A stretch of 64,000 bases of DNA. It comes from a virus. The position numbers and the translations under genes were made by a program. Positions 53,635 through 63,528 of the stretch are shown here, piece by piece. Every line of letters starts with the position of its first letter. Position 1 is the stretch's first letter. The DNA lies in the IMG/VR virus record IMGVR_UViG_3300047472_000155, positions 64,001 through 128,000 of that record. One strand, given 5' to 3'. The notes beneath the pieces are model-generated. The model was not told the DNA's origin and made no database searches. It saw nothing but the letters and a program-made list of their open reading frames with translations.

Positions 53635-53991
53635 ATGACACATTTATGGGAAGAAGATCATTCGTATTATTGTGATAAAGATGGAAGCGGAGAAAAATAT
53701 AGTAATCTAGAAGATTTTCTTGATGAGTGGGGAGAATGTGACATGGATTACAATCTCTTATTTAGATGGGATTGGGAAGAGTACAATCCAAGTGATTACG
53801 AATATGAAGAAGATGAGACAGAAGAAGAACATTCTACGAAAGATACATTATATGTTTTTTGGATGCATCAACGTAAAGGAAGGTATCATTATTGTGAAGT
53901 CAAAGTGACTAAAGACGAAGAAGATCAAGTAAAAGAGTTCCTTAAACCACGATGGGAATATATGAAAGCTATATGGGAACCGTTAGCGTAA
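53635..53991 (+). CDS. conserved acidic phage hypothetical protein
   Basis: HLWE.DH.YYC...DMDYNLLFRWDW...QRKG. Confidence 0.7.
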   Translation: MTHLWEEDHSYYCDKDGSGEKYSNLEDFLDEWGECDMDYNLLFRWDWEEYNPSDYEYEEDETEEEHSTKDTLYVFWMHQRKGRYHYCEVKVTKDEEDQVKEFLKPRWEYMKAIWEPLA

Positions 53992-53997
53992 AAATAC

Positions 53998-54026
53998 TTG
54001 ACAAATAGAAGATAAAATGATATAAT
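53998..54026 (+). promoter_or_regulatory. sigmaA promoter with the operator in its spacer
   Basis: TTGACA aatagaagataaaatga TATAAT. Confidence 0.88.
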
Positions 54027-54050
54027 TTTAATTATGGAGGTGACTAATAT

Positions 54051-54218
54051 ATGGCAAAGAAAAATAGAAAAGTCAAAAATGAAACCACGGTCAACCTTGA
54101 ATTATATCGCAAAACTCGTAATAGAGTATGGGGCATTAAACCAGTGACACAAATCGTCCCAAATAAGAAAGCTCGACAACGAAAACAAGCTTGTAGAAGT
54201 AAGGTAGGCGAAGAATAA
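54051..54218 (+). CDS. 55-aa basic protein, candidate BrfA/ArfA-like ribosome rescue factor (not in the ORF track)
   Basis: GGAGGTGA RBS; MAKKNRK...RNRVWGIKPVTQIVPNKKARQRKQ; TAATG overlap with the primase start. Confidence 0.6.
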   Translation: MAKKNRKVKNETTVNLELYRKTRNRVWGIKPVTQIVPNKKARQRKQACRSKVGEE

Positions 54219-55261
54219 TGTCGGACCTTCAAGATATCAAAAGAGCAATATATGAAGATGGACGTATAGAAGAGGTTCTTGATCTTTTGGGATGTAAAAA
54301 TATACATCCCGAAAGAAATAGAATTGTAGCATCACTTCCGAATGGCAATAATATGCGATCTGTTCAAGTGAGAATAGATAAAGACCTTTATTCAAATATT
54401 AGGTCTAAAAGCATCAACGGAGATATATTTGCTATCGTATCTTACATCAAATTCAATTGTAGTACCAAAGCAGAGATATATGATAACCTATTTGATGCTA
54501 AGATGTGGATTGTGGAGGAATTGGATTACTTCCACCTTGTAAGCAAAGACAATAAGAAAGAAAAGAAACAAACATACAATAGCTGGCTTAAAGACATGAG
54601 AAAGAAGAGAGGAAAAAAGATAAGTCTAGAAGACTTGCATCCCAACATACCAATTCCAGAATCAACCAAGGACAAGTATTTGATGGAGCCTTATTATCTT
54701 TGGATAAAAGAAGGAATAAGTTGGGAGACTCAAAAAGAATGGGAAATAGGTTTTTGTTGGGAAAGCCATCGTATTATTACTTTGATACGAAACATCACAG
54801 GAGAACTTATTGGTGTTAAAGGCAGAGCAATGGATGACAATAACCCATGGAAATATCTTTATGTTGAAGAAATGAATAAGAGTATAGAATTATTTGGATT
54901 GCATAAAACATTGCCTTATATCCTAGAACAAAAAGAGGTTATTCTTTTTGAGGGATACAAGAGTGTTTTTAAGGCTTGGCAAATGGGATACAAGAATGTT
55001 GCAAGTATTGAGGGTGATGACATATCACCAGCACAAGTTGCATTAATTAAAAGTTTCGGTCTTGACATTAAGATTGTCATGTGTTATGATAAAGACAAGA
55101 CGGAAGATAAAATCATTGAACAAGTTTCAAGGTTCGGTAATCGTAAAGTTTATTATACCCTTGACAAGAAGAAATTCCTTGGTGAAAAGCAGTCACCAGT
55201 GGATAAAGGGTTGATAACATGGCAAAGGCTTTATGAAAACAAAATTGAATTTACCCCTTGA
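54218..55261 (+). CDS. DNA primase, TOPRIM (YorJ-like)
   Basis: RI...I....GELIGVKGR, KY.Y, ILFEGYKSV, .YDKD, K.SPVDKG..TW..LY. Confidence 0.88.
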   Translation: MSDLQDIKRAIYEDGRIEEVLDLLGCKNIHPERNRIVASLPNGNNMRSVQVRIDKDLYSNIRSKSINGDIFAIVSYIKFNCSTKAEIYDNLFDAKMWIVEELDYFHLVSKDNKKEKKQTYNSWLKDMRKKRGKKISLEDLHPNIPIPESTKDKYLMEPYYLWIKEGISWETQKEWEIGFCWESHRIITLIRNITGELIGVKGRAMDDNNPWKYLYVEEMNKSIELFGLHKTLPYILEQKEVILFEGYKSVFKAWQMGYKNVASIEGDDISPAQVALIKSFGLDIKIVMCYDKDKTEDKIIEQVSRFGNRKVYYTLDKKKFLGEKQSPVDKGLITWQRLYENKIEFTP

Positions 55262-55329
55262 CATTCATCGGTAAATTTGATATAATAACAAATGTAAGAT
55301 AAAACGAAACATAAAGGAAGTGAAGTTTT

Positions 55330-55464
55330 ATGGTCATGTCTTATGTGATATGCACTACATGTGGTTCATATGCATATAGACACTCATATTCAGAATGTCC
55401 TAATGAATGGTGTTCATCTCATTCTGATGATGAAGAAGAAGATAAGGAGGATGAGAAATGCTAG
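55330..55464 (+). CDS. 44-aa Zn-ribbon microprotein with an acidic tail
   Basis: CTTCG...ECPNEWC followed by DDEEEDKEDE; TTGACA-17-TATAAT at 55258. Confidence 0.5.
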   Translation: MVMSYVICTTCGSYAYRHSYSECPNEWCSSHSDDEEEDKEDEKC

Positions 55465-56080
55465 GAGGATTTTTGTTTAATGCAATTATCGGATCGTTGT
55501 TGTGTGGATTTTTTCTCAGTACGTTCGATATAGATGCTAAATTTACTGCATCACTTAATGAAATGTTTCCTAAAAAGCATTTCAAAGGAAACTCGATTTA
55601 TTACATGCTATTTTTTATAGCAGGAGTAGTTATTGGTTTGGTCAACTTCTTTATCTAATAACAAATGTAAGATAAAATAAAAAATAACTTATTGGAGGAA
55701 TTATAAAATGGCTAAATATTACGCAACCGGAACAAAGAAAGTAGAAGTAAAGAACGAACAAGGAAAGAAAAGTGTTGTAGAGACTCCAGTTGTTATTGAA
55801 TTTGATAGCTTGATTGTGAATACTCGCGTACAAGCGGTTAATGAAGCAAAACGATGGGCAAAGAAGGATAGCATTGTTCTTGATGGCATTGATGGAGTAC
55901 ATGTTTTGCAAGGCACACAGAAAGGTGGAGATACGTTGACAAAACGTATTCAAGTCTTGAAAGCTACAGGTAAATTGCCTAAGTTCTAATTGCAAAGGGC
56001 TTTTATAGGAAAGTATAAAAGCCCTTGAAATAAATTAACACAAATGCAATATAAAATAAAAAATGAGAGAAGGAATTTAA

Positions 56081-56668
56081 ATGATGAATCCAGAGAAACT
56101 TTTTTACGAACAGTTGGAAGTAACAAAACAAATGGTTGAAGAACTTAAGAATATCAATAGCAAGCTTTCTGAAATTAAATCTAAAATTGACCAGAGCAAG
56201 GATAGTTCTCCATTTAGTGTTGAAGATTTTCTTAGTGGTATTTTTGGAATTGATACTACAAATGGTTCACTACTTGCTACGGAACTTGAAGATGATCTTG
56301 AAGATGAGCTTGATAGTCTTTTTATTGATGGTTATGATGATGATGACGATAATGTTAATAATCTTGACCTTCTTGAATTGTTGGCAATCGAGGATGTAAT
56401 TGATCTTCTTGATTCTAAACAGTTGCCATTTACATTTTATGGAGCTAAAAAATACGGATATGAGCCATACAGTGATAGTGATGTTACTTTTGTAACTGAT
56501 TACTTTAATAACAAAGTAGTGGCAAAACTTTGGTTCAATGGAGAGCTTGCAAAAGAAGGTGTTGCAAAATGCGATCCATCAGATGTATTCATTGAAGAAA
56601 CTGGAAAAGCAATTGCATTGCGGCGGTTGTTTGATCTCAACATTCCAGAATCATTGCTTCAACATTAA
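56081..56668 (+). CDS. acidic phage protein with a C-terminal GxAKCxPxDxF motif
   Basis: GVAKCDPSDVFIEETGKAIALRR. Confidence 0.7.
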   Translation: MMNPEKLFYEQLEVTKQMVEELKNINSKLSEIKSKIDQSKDSSPFSVEDFLSGIFGIDTTNGSLLATELEDDLEDELDSLFIDGYDDDDDNVNNLDLLELLAIEDVIDLLDSKQLPFTFYGAKKYGYEPYSDSDVTFVTDYFNNKVVAKLWFNGELAKEGVAKCDPSDVFIEETGKAIALRRLFDLNIPESLLQH

Positions 56669-57278
56669 TTAATAGGAGATGTGACTTATGACGCAAAAGC
56701 AATTAGACATCATTGAGTTTACTAAAAACGTTCTAAACAAGCACATCTTCGATTATGAAGAGAAAATTTTAAAAAACTATGATGAATTCCGTTCGTGGTC
56801 AACCTATGATGAATGGGTTAGACCACAGAAACGGGAAAACCAGTACATCTACAATATTTGGATGTGCTATAATGAGTACCTAAATGGAACGCTTGATTTG
56901 AACGCAATGAAAATTTCAAACTTGGTGGTGAAGTAAGTTGGAAGTAAGGGTTGATAAAATTGTCGAACCAGAAAGTCTTGACCTTGGAGATATTGTAGTA
57001 CTCAATTGTGACGATGAAATTTATGTAACTTTAGTGACACTGATTCCTGGCAAAGAACTTTCTTTTTGCTTAGTTGGATTAAATAAAGGAAATGTTTGGT
57101 CTTCCGCAAAAACTCTTGAGAAGCTATACGAAGATACTAGAGATAGGTATCCATTTGAAAAATATAGTTTCACAATTTACAAGTCCTCAAAATATTTATT
57201 ACAATTAACTAAAAAGTAACACCAAAAGCCCATAGAGACGTAAAAGTTTTTGTGGGCTTAACTTTTAAGGAGGATAAC

Positions 57279-57677
57279 ATGAAAAAGAAATCATTTTTTA
57301 AAACTTTATTTTTAGCAAGCTTCGTAGTCATTCTTGGTGCTTGTTCCGATGCTGATATTGCATCCGAAAACTTATCAAAAGCCGCTGACAACTTTGAAAT
57401 CAATAGACGAGTTGTGTTTTACAACGGAATTACAGACACTTACTTGTTGACCATTGAAGGACTTTGTTCGTTAGGCAATGACGATGACCGCTCTAAGCAA
57501 TTGACGGTGACATGCAAAACATCTCCAACTACTTACAAGAAGCATTTCTTAGGATTGTCGGACAATGTTACTTATATTGCCGAACAACTAGAACCAGCAA
57601 GTGTTGGTGTATATCATTATCGTGTTACATTTAAACCACAAGTCATCTTGCCAGATATTGACCTGAGAATTGAATAG
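57279..57677 (+). CDS. conserved phage lipoprotein
   Basis: lipobox LGAC; ADIAS.NLS.AADNFE..RR.VFYNGITD.Y. Confidence 0.85.
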   Translation: MKKKSFFKTLFLASFVVILGACSDADIASENLSKAADNFEINRRVVFYNGITDTYLLTIEGLCSLGNDDDRSKQLTVTCKTSPTTYKKHFLGLSDNVTYIAEQLEPASVGVYHYRVTFKPQVILPDIDLRIE

Positions 57678-57680
57678 CCA

Positions 57681-57704
57681 TAGATAAAACGTTTCTTTTA
57701 TCTA
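57681..57704. repeat. palindromic site 6
   Basis: tagataaaa cgtttc ttttatcta. Confidence 0.9.
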
Positions 57705-57727
57705 CTGAAAAATAAGGAGGAAGCAAA

Positions 57728-58078
57728 ATGTATAAATTAGGTGACAAAGTAGTGCCACACGACAAAAGTAGAGGTTGTAACTTGAAACATTCCAGAGAAT
57801 GGGAAAAGGCAAAGAGTAATTATCAAGAATTCCTTTATGTTACTTGCATTGATGACGATAACGATATATGGTGTGCTTATAAGAATCATGATGTTCAATC
57901 TGAAGTTTTTATCGAAGAAGATTTAACACCATATATTGAAGAAAAAATCGAAGGAAAGGTACTTTTTCAAGAAAATATGGGTGTAAAATACACAGAATTA
58001 AAGGTAAAAGACCTAATTGACCTAGTAGATAAGGGGATTGTCAAGGAAACAGATGTGATTATCGTGGGTCGAAAATGA
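57728..58078 (+). CDS. paralog family B member bracketed by sites 6 and 7
   Basis: MYKLGDKVVP..KS.G......W......QEFLYVT...F.E.DL.PY.E...DLI.LV..GI. Confidence 0.8.
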   Translation: MYKLGDKVVPHDKSRGCNLKHSREWEKAKSNYQEFLYVTCIDDDNDIWCAYKNHDVQSEVFIEEDLTPYIEEKIEGKVLFQENMGVKYTELKVKDLIDLVDKGIVKETDVIIVGRK

Positions 58079-58086
58079 AAAAGTGA

Positions 58087-58110
58087 TAGATAAAACTTCG
58101 ATTTTATCTA
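58087..58110. repeat. palindromic site 7
   Basis: tagataaaa cttcga ttttatcta. Confidence 0.9.
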
Positions 58111-58140
58111 TGGCTAAATTTATTAAAGGAGAGATGAAAT

Positions 58141-58497
58141 GTGATTAAAGAAACGTGGGAAATTGATGATGTAACTATAACGGCTAAGGGATATTTTACT
58201 ATTTTTAAAAACTTGGAAGACGAAGATATTATGATTTCAATTTTCTCAAAAACAGAACATGAAGCATGGACGAAACTTGAAGCATCTTTAAAGTCACAAT
58301 TAACTACAAAACAAATTCTTGAAAAGTTGCATGATCATGAAAGAAAAACATCGACAATGAAAGAATTATCTGAAAAGATATGGGATGCATTTGAAATTAT
58401 TACAAAAGAAGCAATAGGAGAAAACTTATCTGGAAGCGACTATCTAGTCATTAACGCAGTATTATACAGTTTTCTAGAAGGAATAATGAACGAATGA
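58141..58497 (+). CDS. paralog family A member directly after site 7
   Basis: MIKETWEI...F...EDED..I....KTEHEAWTKL. Confidence 0.7.
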   Translation: MIKETWEIDDVTITAKGYFTIFKNLEDEDIMISIFSKTEHEAWTKLEASLKSQLTTKQILEKLHDHERKTSTMKELSEKIWDAFEIITKEAIGENLSGSDYLVINAVLYSFLEGIMNE

Positions 58498-58943
58498 TAG
58501 TTGGATTTGTTTTATTTTATATCTCTATTCTATGTTTTATATTATCATTTTTTAAAGGAGCCAATAACAATGAAACTAAAAAATAATTTTGAATTTTACA
58601 GCAAGAACGACAAAGATTTTATTTATAGAGTAACTGTACAAGGTGACAGTTGTCTGCTTGAATGGGGAGCGGGAAAATGCACTGATAATACCTCATTTTC
58701 TTACAACAGTGTAGTAAAATATATTGAAAATGGAGATTGGATAGTGGTCAAGCAAACACAAGAGTTGGTAGAAGTTATTGAAATTGGAGAATTAACACAT
58801 TATTTTGCCGAATTAGCAAATGGAGAAATTATTGTATTTAGAGGCAATAAATATGATGATAAGCCACTATATACAACAATTACACAACAAGACTTTAATA
58901 GCATTAAAAAGATTATTGATCTAACATGAAAGGTATTGATTAA

Positions 58944-60578
58944 ATGAGTAAATTTAAACTTAGAAATAAATATGACTTTAATAAAAAAGAAGATATTGTT
59001 ACTTCTTTATTGAAAGCCAGAGGAATTTCTGATATTCAGGAATTCCTCTCTCCTTCAATAAATGTTCTGAACTCAGCATATTTGCTTGGAGAAATGGGTC
59101 TTGTAGTAGCAAGAATATTGAGTGCAATTAAAAACAATGAAAGAATATGTATTAGCGCAGATCCAGATAGTGATGGTGTTTGTTCTACGGCAATTATGGT
59201 AAGGTATATATCAAAGTTCACAAACAACTATTATATATCTTATGCACAGCGTTCCGAAGGTCATGGTATAGAATATCAACTTGAGTTTATTGACACAAAA
59301 AACACAGACCTCTTAATTATACTTGATTCCTCGACCAATTCCACAGAAGCTTGTGAAATATTGTCTAAATCCATGAATATTATTATTCTTGACCATCATG
59401 ACGTTGAAGAGGTTAACCCTTATGCATACATTGTCAATCCTAAGAATGATAAGACATATCCTAATAAAAACATTAGTGGAGCAGGTGTTGTGTACAAAGT
59501 AATTCAAGCACTTGACGAAAGACTTGGAAGTGGAGAGGTTGGTGATTTAATTGACCTTGTAGCTGTTGGAATGTACGCAGATATGATGCCAATGGATGTA
59601 TTGGAAAATCGCCACTTAGTTATTCAAGGAATGAAGAATATCAAAAATCCAGGATTGCTTAAAGTCCTTGAGATTGCCAATGTGTCACTTGATAAGGTGA
59701 ACTCTCAAACCATTGGATTCACTATTAGTCCATTGCTCAACGGTTGTGCGCGTAAAGATAAGCTTGAACTTGGTATTGAGTTGCTTATATGTGATGATGA
59801 TCAGAGATGCACAGAACTTGTTATGGAAATGAGAGCATTAAATGATGAGCGAAGACAAGAAGAAAAAATTCTGTATGAAAATTATCTTACTAAAATTGAT
59901 CCAAATGATAAAGTTTTGATTGCTATTGATGAAAATGCATCAAAGAATTTTAATGGTCTTATTGCAAATAAATTTTCTCAAGAATTTCATCGTCCTGCAA
60001 TTGTTATGCGTGAACATGAAGGAAGTCTTGCAGGTTCTTACAGAGGATTTGCGTCTTTTGATATGAAAGGATTTTTGAACCGCAAGGAAATAAGAAAGTA
60101 TCTTAAATATGCATTAGGACATCCATCTGCTGGAGGCGTGGGACTAAAGTCTTCTAACTTCAAGGCATTTAAAGAAGCTATAAACAAGGCTCTTAAGCAT
60201 TATGACTTCAATTCAGACATCTATTATGATTATGAAATTGATGCAAGCTTAATTACGCCCAAGCTAGTCAATCAAATACAAGAATTTGATTATTGTAGTG
60301 GTCAAGGATTCCCTCCTGCAATGTTCTACGTTAGAGAAATATACGTTGAAGACAATGAAGATAGGGTTGTTATGGGGAAAAATAGAGACACGGTAAAAAT
60401 AAAGTCTTGTGATGTTGATGTCATTAAATTTAAGACAAATGAAAATTGGGCTTCTGATGTTGGTACGATGGATACCATTGATGTTGTAGGTCAATTATCT
60501 CTTAATGAATGGATAAAGTGGAATGGCGAAGTTGTAATTACCACTCAAGTTGTTGCTGACTCATATTTAATTGTATAA
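58944..60578 (+). CDS. recJ: RecJ-type ssDNA exonuclease (DHH family, YorK-like)
   Basis: DPDSDG, R.EGHG, ILDHH, NP, SGAGV, VG..ADMM, GF.I.P.LN, GS.R, GH..A.G. Confidence 0.93.
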   Translation: MSKFKLRNKYDFNKKEDIVTSLLKARGISDIQEFLSPSINVLNSAYLLGEMGLVVARILSAIKNNERICISADPDSDGVCSTAIMVRYISKFTNNYYISYAQRSEGHGIEYQLEFIDTKNTDLLIILDSSTNSTEACEILSKSMNIIILDHHDVEEVNPYAYIVNPKNDKTYPNKNISGAGVVYKVIQALDERLGSGEVGDLIDLVAVGMYADMMPMDVLENRHLVIQGMKNIKNPGLLKVLEIANVSLDKVNSQTIGFTISPLLNGCARKDKLELGIELLICDDDQRCTELVMEMRALNDERRQEEKILYENYLTKIDPNDKVLIAIDENASKNFNGLIANKFSQEFHRPAIVMREHEGSLAGSYRGFASFDMKGFLNRKEIRKYLKYALGHPSAGGVGLKSSNFKAFKEAINKALKHYDFNSDIYYDYEIDASLITPKLVNQIQEFDYCSGQGFPPAMFYVREIYVEDNEDRVVMGKNRDTVKIKSCDVDVIKFKTNENWASDVGTMDTIDVVGQLSLNEWIKWNGEVVITTQVVADSYLIV

Positions 60579-60583
60579 AATGC

Positions 60584-60612
60584 TTGACAAATAGAAGATA
60601 AAATGATATGAT
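60584..60612 (+). promoter_or_regulatory. sigmaA promoter with the operator in its spacer
   Basis: TTGACA aatagaagataaaatga TATGAT (spacer identical to the promoter at 53998). Confidence 0.85.
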
Positions 60613-60861
60613 TGACCTATCAAATATAAGGTGGTTATTATAAATGATAGGTCAAAAAAAACAAAATGTAGTCATCCCAATGGGAACTGATACAAAAATT
60701 TCATTTGAGATCAACAATAAATATGAACACATTAACACAAGTAATACAACATTTCTCATTACCGATAGTCGCTCACAAGCTTTAGTCACATTTAGTGAAA
60801 TGAAGAGAATAATACAAGAATTGCAAGAATTGATTAATACCGGAGAGAACTAAAATTGTAA

Positions 60862-60890
60862 TTGACAAATGTAAGATAAAATGATACAAT
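60862..60890 (+). promoter_or_regulatory. sigmaA promoter with the operator in its spacer
   Basis: TTGACA aatgtaagataaaatga TACAAT. Confidence 0.85.
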
Positions 60891-61668
60891 TACTATTGTA
60901 AGATATCAAGAAGGAGAGATAAATAATGAGCAAAAGTAAATTGGAGATTTTAAACGAATTGAAACAATATGTTGATGAACGTAAGATTATTCACTACGAT
61001 TACATTCAGGTTAAAGAAAGCGGATATGTAAGTTATGATTCTCTTGGTTTTATTGCTAATCAAATTGGAATTGAAGATGACGTTCTATTAGAATTACATG
61101 GAGATTCTATTGATTCGGCACATGTAGGAACAAAAGAGTTTGCAGAAAATTTGATTGAGGCAGGATTTTCTCTTGACGAACTTGCAGAGTTGCAAATTCT
61201 GAATGATTCTTCCCCTGTAGAAGAATTGTTGGAATATATCAATGTTTTGATTGAAGAGTTATAATAATAATGTTAGCATCATAGAATAACAATATAGAAT
61301 TAAAATGAGGAGTGGAAATATGATCCAAGAATTAAAAAATGAAAAATTTGTTAAGAAAGTGTCGGTTGAATATGTAGATGGAACAAGTGAAGTATTTGAT
61401 GGTGAATTCCTTGTACTTATCACCGATAATGGAAATGATGGCAAGTGGAATGTAAAATTGTCAGAGGACGCAGAAATGGAAAAGGTTTTGAGCTTTGCCT
61501 ATGATGCTGTAGATGAAATTGAAAATGCAAGTTTGGATGAAGCTATTCCTCAAAAAGCATCTCATTTGAGGTTAATAAAAGGATAATGATTGGATTTACT
61601 TGTTTATTGTATGCATTGACAAATGCAAGATAAAGTGAAACAATATTATCATTAAACGAAAGGAATGG

Positions 61669-61953
61669 TTGAAACTAATGAGCAAAATTTTGGTCAAACA
61701 CATGATTGTCAAGGCTCCAGCACAAGAGGTTATTATAAATCTCGATAATAAAATGAGGATTTCTATTAGTCCCAACAGACTAGAAAACAATGTTCCTAGT
61801 TTAGAGAAAACAAGGGAAGCATACCGACAAGATTACGATTATCAAGCAATATTCATTAAAGAAGATGGTGGATATTATGATTCGTTTACGGTAAGAGAGT
61901 TTGAAGAATTGATTGGCAATTTGCAAAGCATGGTTGATTACATCAAGAGTTAA
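61669..61953 (+). CDS. hypothetical protein, paralog of 61988
   Basis: LE....AY.QD...FT......LI..LQSMVDY. Confidence 0.7.
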   Translation: MKLMSKILVKHMIVKAPAQEVIINLDNKMRISISPNRLENNVPSLEKTREAYRQDYDYQAIFIKEDGGYYDSFTVREFEELIGNLQSMVDYIKS

Positions 61954-61987
61954 ATAAAAATCACAATATAAGAAAGTAGGATGTTAA

Positions 61988-62332
61988 ATGAGTAAGACAA
62001 AATTGATTCACTATGTACCATCAGACGTTATTCTTCCGGTTGAAAATTATTTGATTGAAGACGATGGGAAAAGCGTTACTATTGCTTCGAATTATAAGTC
62101 AACGCTTGAAGGTGCAAAAACAGCTTATGAGCAAGACCCATTGGCGAATATATTTGCACTTCGACCAAATGGAACAGGGTTGATTGGGTTTACATTTGAG
62201 CAAGCAAAAGAGTTAATTCAATCGTTGCAAAGTATGGTTGATTATGTAGTTCCACCAGTAGTTATTCCTCCAGTGACAGAACCAGAGGAAGATGATTCAG
62301 AAGAAGAACCAGTTGACACAGAAACACCGTAA
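61988..62332 (+). CDS. hypothetical protein, paralog of 61669, with a Pro/acidic tail
   Basis: LEGAKTAYEQD...FTFEQAKELIQSLQSMVDYV. Confidence 0.7.
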   Translation: MSKTKLIHYVPSDVILPVENYLIEDDGKSVTIASNYKSTLEGAKTAYEQDPLANIFALRPNGTGLIGFTFEQAKELIQSLQSMVDYVVPPVVIPPVTEPEEDDSEEEPVDTETP

Positions 62333-62394
62333 ATAAATCGTTGACCCCCGAAAAGGGGTCAATAAAACAAAAAACTTCCCTCTAAAGGAGATTA

Positions 62395-63528
62395 ATGAGA
62401 ATGAAAATCGTAAAAACAGGTGAGATTACAAGAATTTTTTCAGATGATCTTCAAACTTTCGATAAGATTCCAGTTGGAAATTATAAAGTTTGCTTTCACC
62501 CAATGATGGGTTTTTACTTGGAAGATGCCGACTCCTTTAAAAACAATGAAAAGCCATATGGAAAGCATCCTTTAAAAATCTCTAAAGTTGTTGCACTATA
62601 CCAAAACATCGAAAGAAGCGCTGGCATTATTTTAAGCGGAAAAAAGGGTATGGGGAAATCTATGTTTGCTAGACTTCTTTCGGAAGAGTTTGCTAGTAAG
62701 CATGATATGCCAACGATTATGGTTACAGAAGCGTTCAAAGGAATCGTTGACTTTATTGAATCAATAAAACAAGAGTGCGTCATTTTGTTTGATGAATTTG
62801 AGAAGGTATTTGACAGTGAACGTGAGAACCAAATGAGAGAGAAGCCTAGTAACAAGGAGTCTCAAGATAGATTGCTAGGTTTGTTCGATGGTCTTTCACA
62901 AACGAAACGCATGTATGTAATAACAGTCAATGAGATCAGAAGAGTTAGCCAATATATGATCAATCGACCTGGACGATTCCATTATCATATTCAATTTAAT
63001 TATCCCTCTGCCGCAGAGATTGAATTGTATCTCAAAGACAAATTGTTGCCTCAGTATCAAAACCAAATAACTCTTGTTCAAAGGTTTGCAAATCGTTTTG
63101 ATCTAAATTATGATTCATTACGTGCAATTGCCTTTGAATTGAATAATGGTTATGGATTCTTGGAAACAATGGAAGACTTGAATATCTCATCTTCCGAGAA
63201 CCAAAGAGTCAAATATAATGTTGAGGTTCACTATAGTAATGGACTCGTTGCGAAAAGCATCGAAGAAGTTGATTTGATGAGTTCTGACTATGCGTTCGGA
63301 GTTTCAGTTTCTGGAGAGTATGCACGTATCACCTTCTCTCCACTTGAAGTTGAAATTCATAACAAAGATTCTTTCGTAGTAAATACGGATGATGTAAAAG
63401 TAGATGTGCGTTATGATAGTGACAATGAAATTCTCAATGATGAAAGTGAAATCATCGTCACCAAACTTGTATTTAACAAACAAACCGTAGGCGCTCAATT
63501 TGGCAAAGAAATGGCGAACTTGTTTTAA
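62395..63528 (+). CDS. AAA+ ATPase
   Basis: GKKGMGKS, ILFDEFEK, LL.LFDG, T.N, NRPGRFHY. Confidence 0.9.
   Translation: MRMKIVKTGEITRIFSDDLQTFDKIPVGNYKVCFHPMMGFYLEDADSFKNNEKPYGKHPLKISKVVALYQNIERSAGIILSGKKGMGKSMFARLLSEEFASKHDMPTIMVTEAFKGIVDFIESIKQECVILFDEFEKVFDSERENQMREKPSNKESQDRLLGLFDGLSQTKRMYVITVNEIRRVSQYMINRPGRFHYHIQFNYPSAAEIELYLKDKLLPQYQNQITLVQRFANRFDLNYDSLRAIAFELNNGYGFLETMEDLNISSSENQRVKYNVEVHYSNGLVAKSIEEVDLMSSDYAFGVSVSGEYARITFSPLEVEIHNKDSFVVNTDDVKVDVRYDSDNEILNDESEIIVTKLVFNKQTVGAQFGKEMANLF

Noticed and set aside
9074-58110. Palindromic repeats as a CRISPR array or as intrinsic terminators
   Set aside because: They are dispersed rather than tandem, with no 30-40 nt spacers or cas genes; the stems are AT-rich and are followed by RBSs rather than U-tracts
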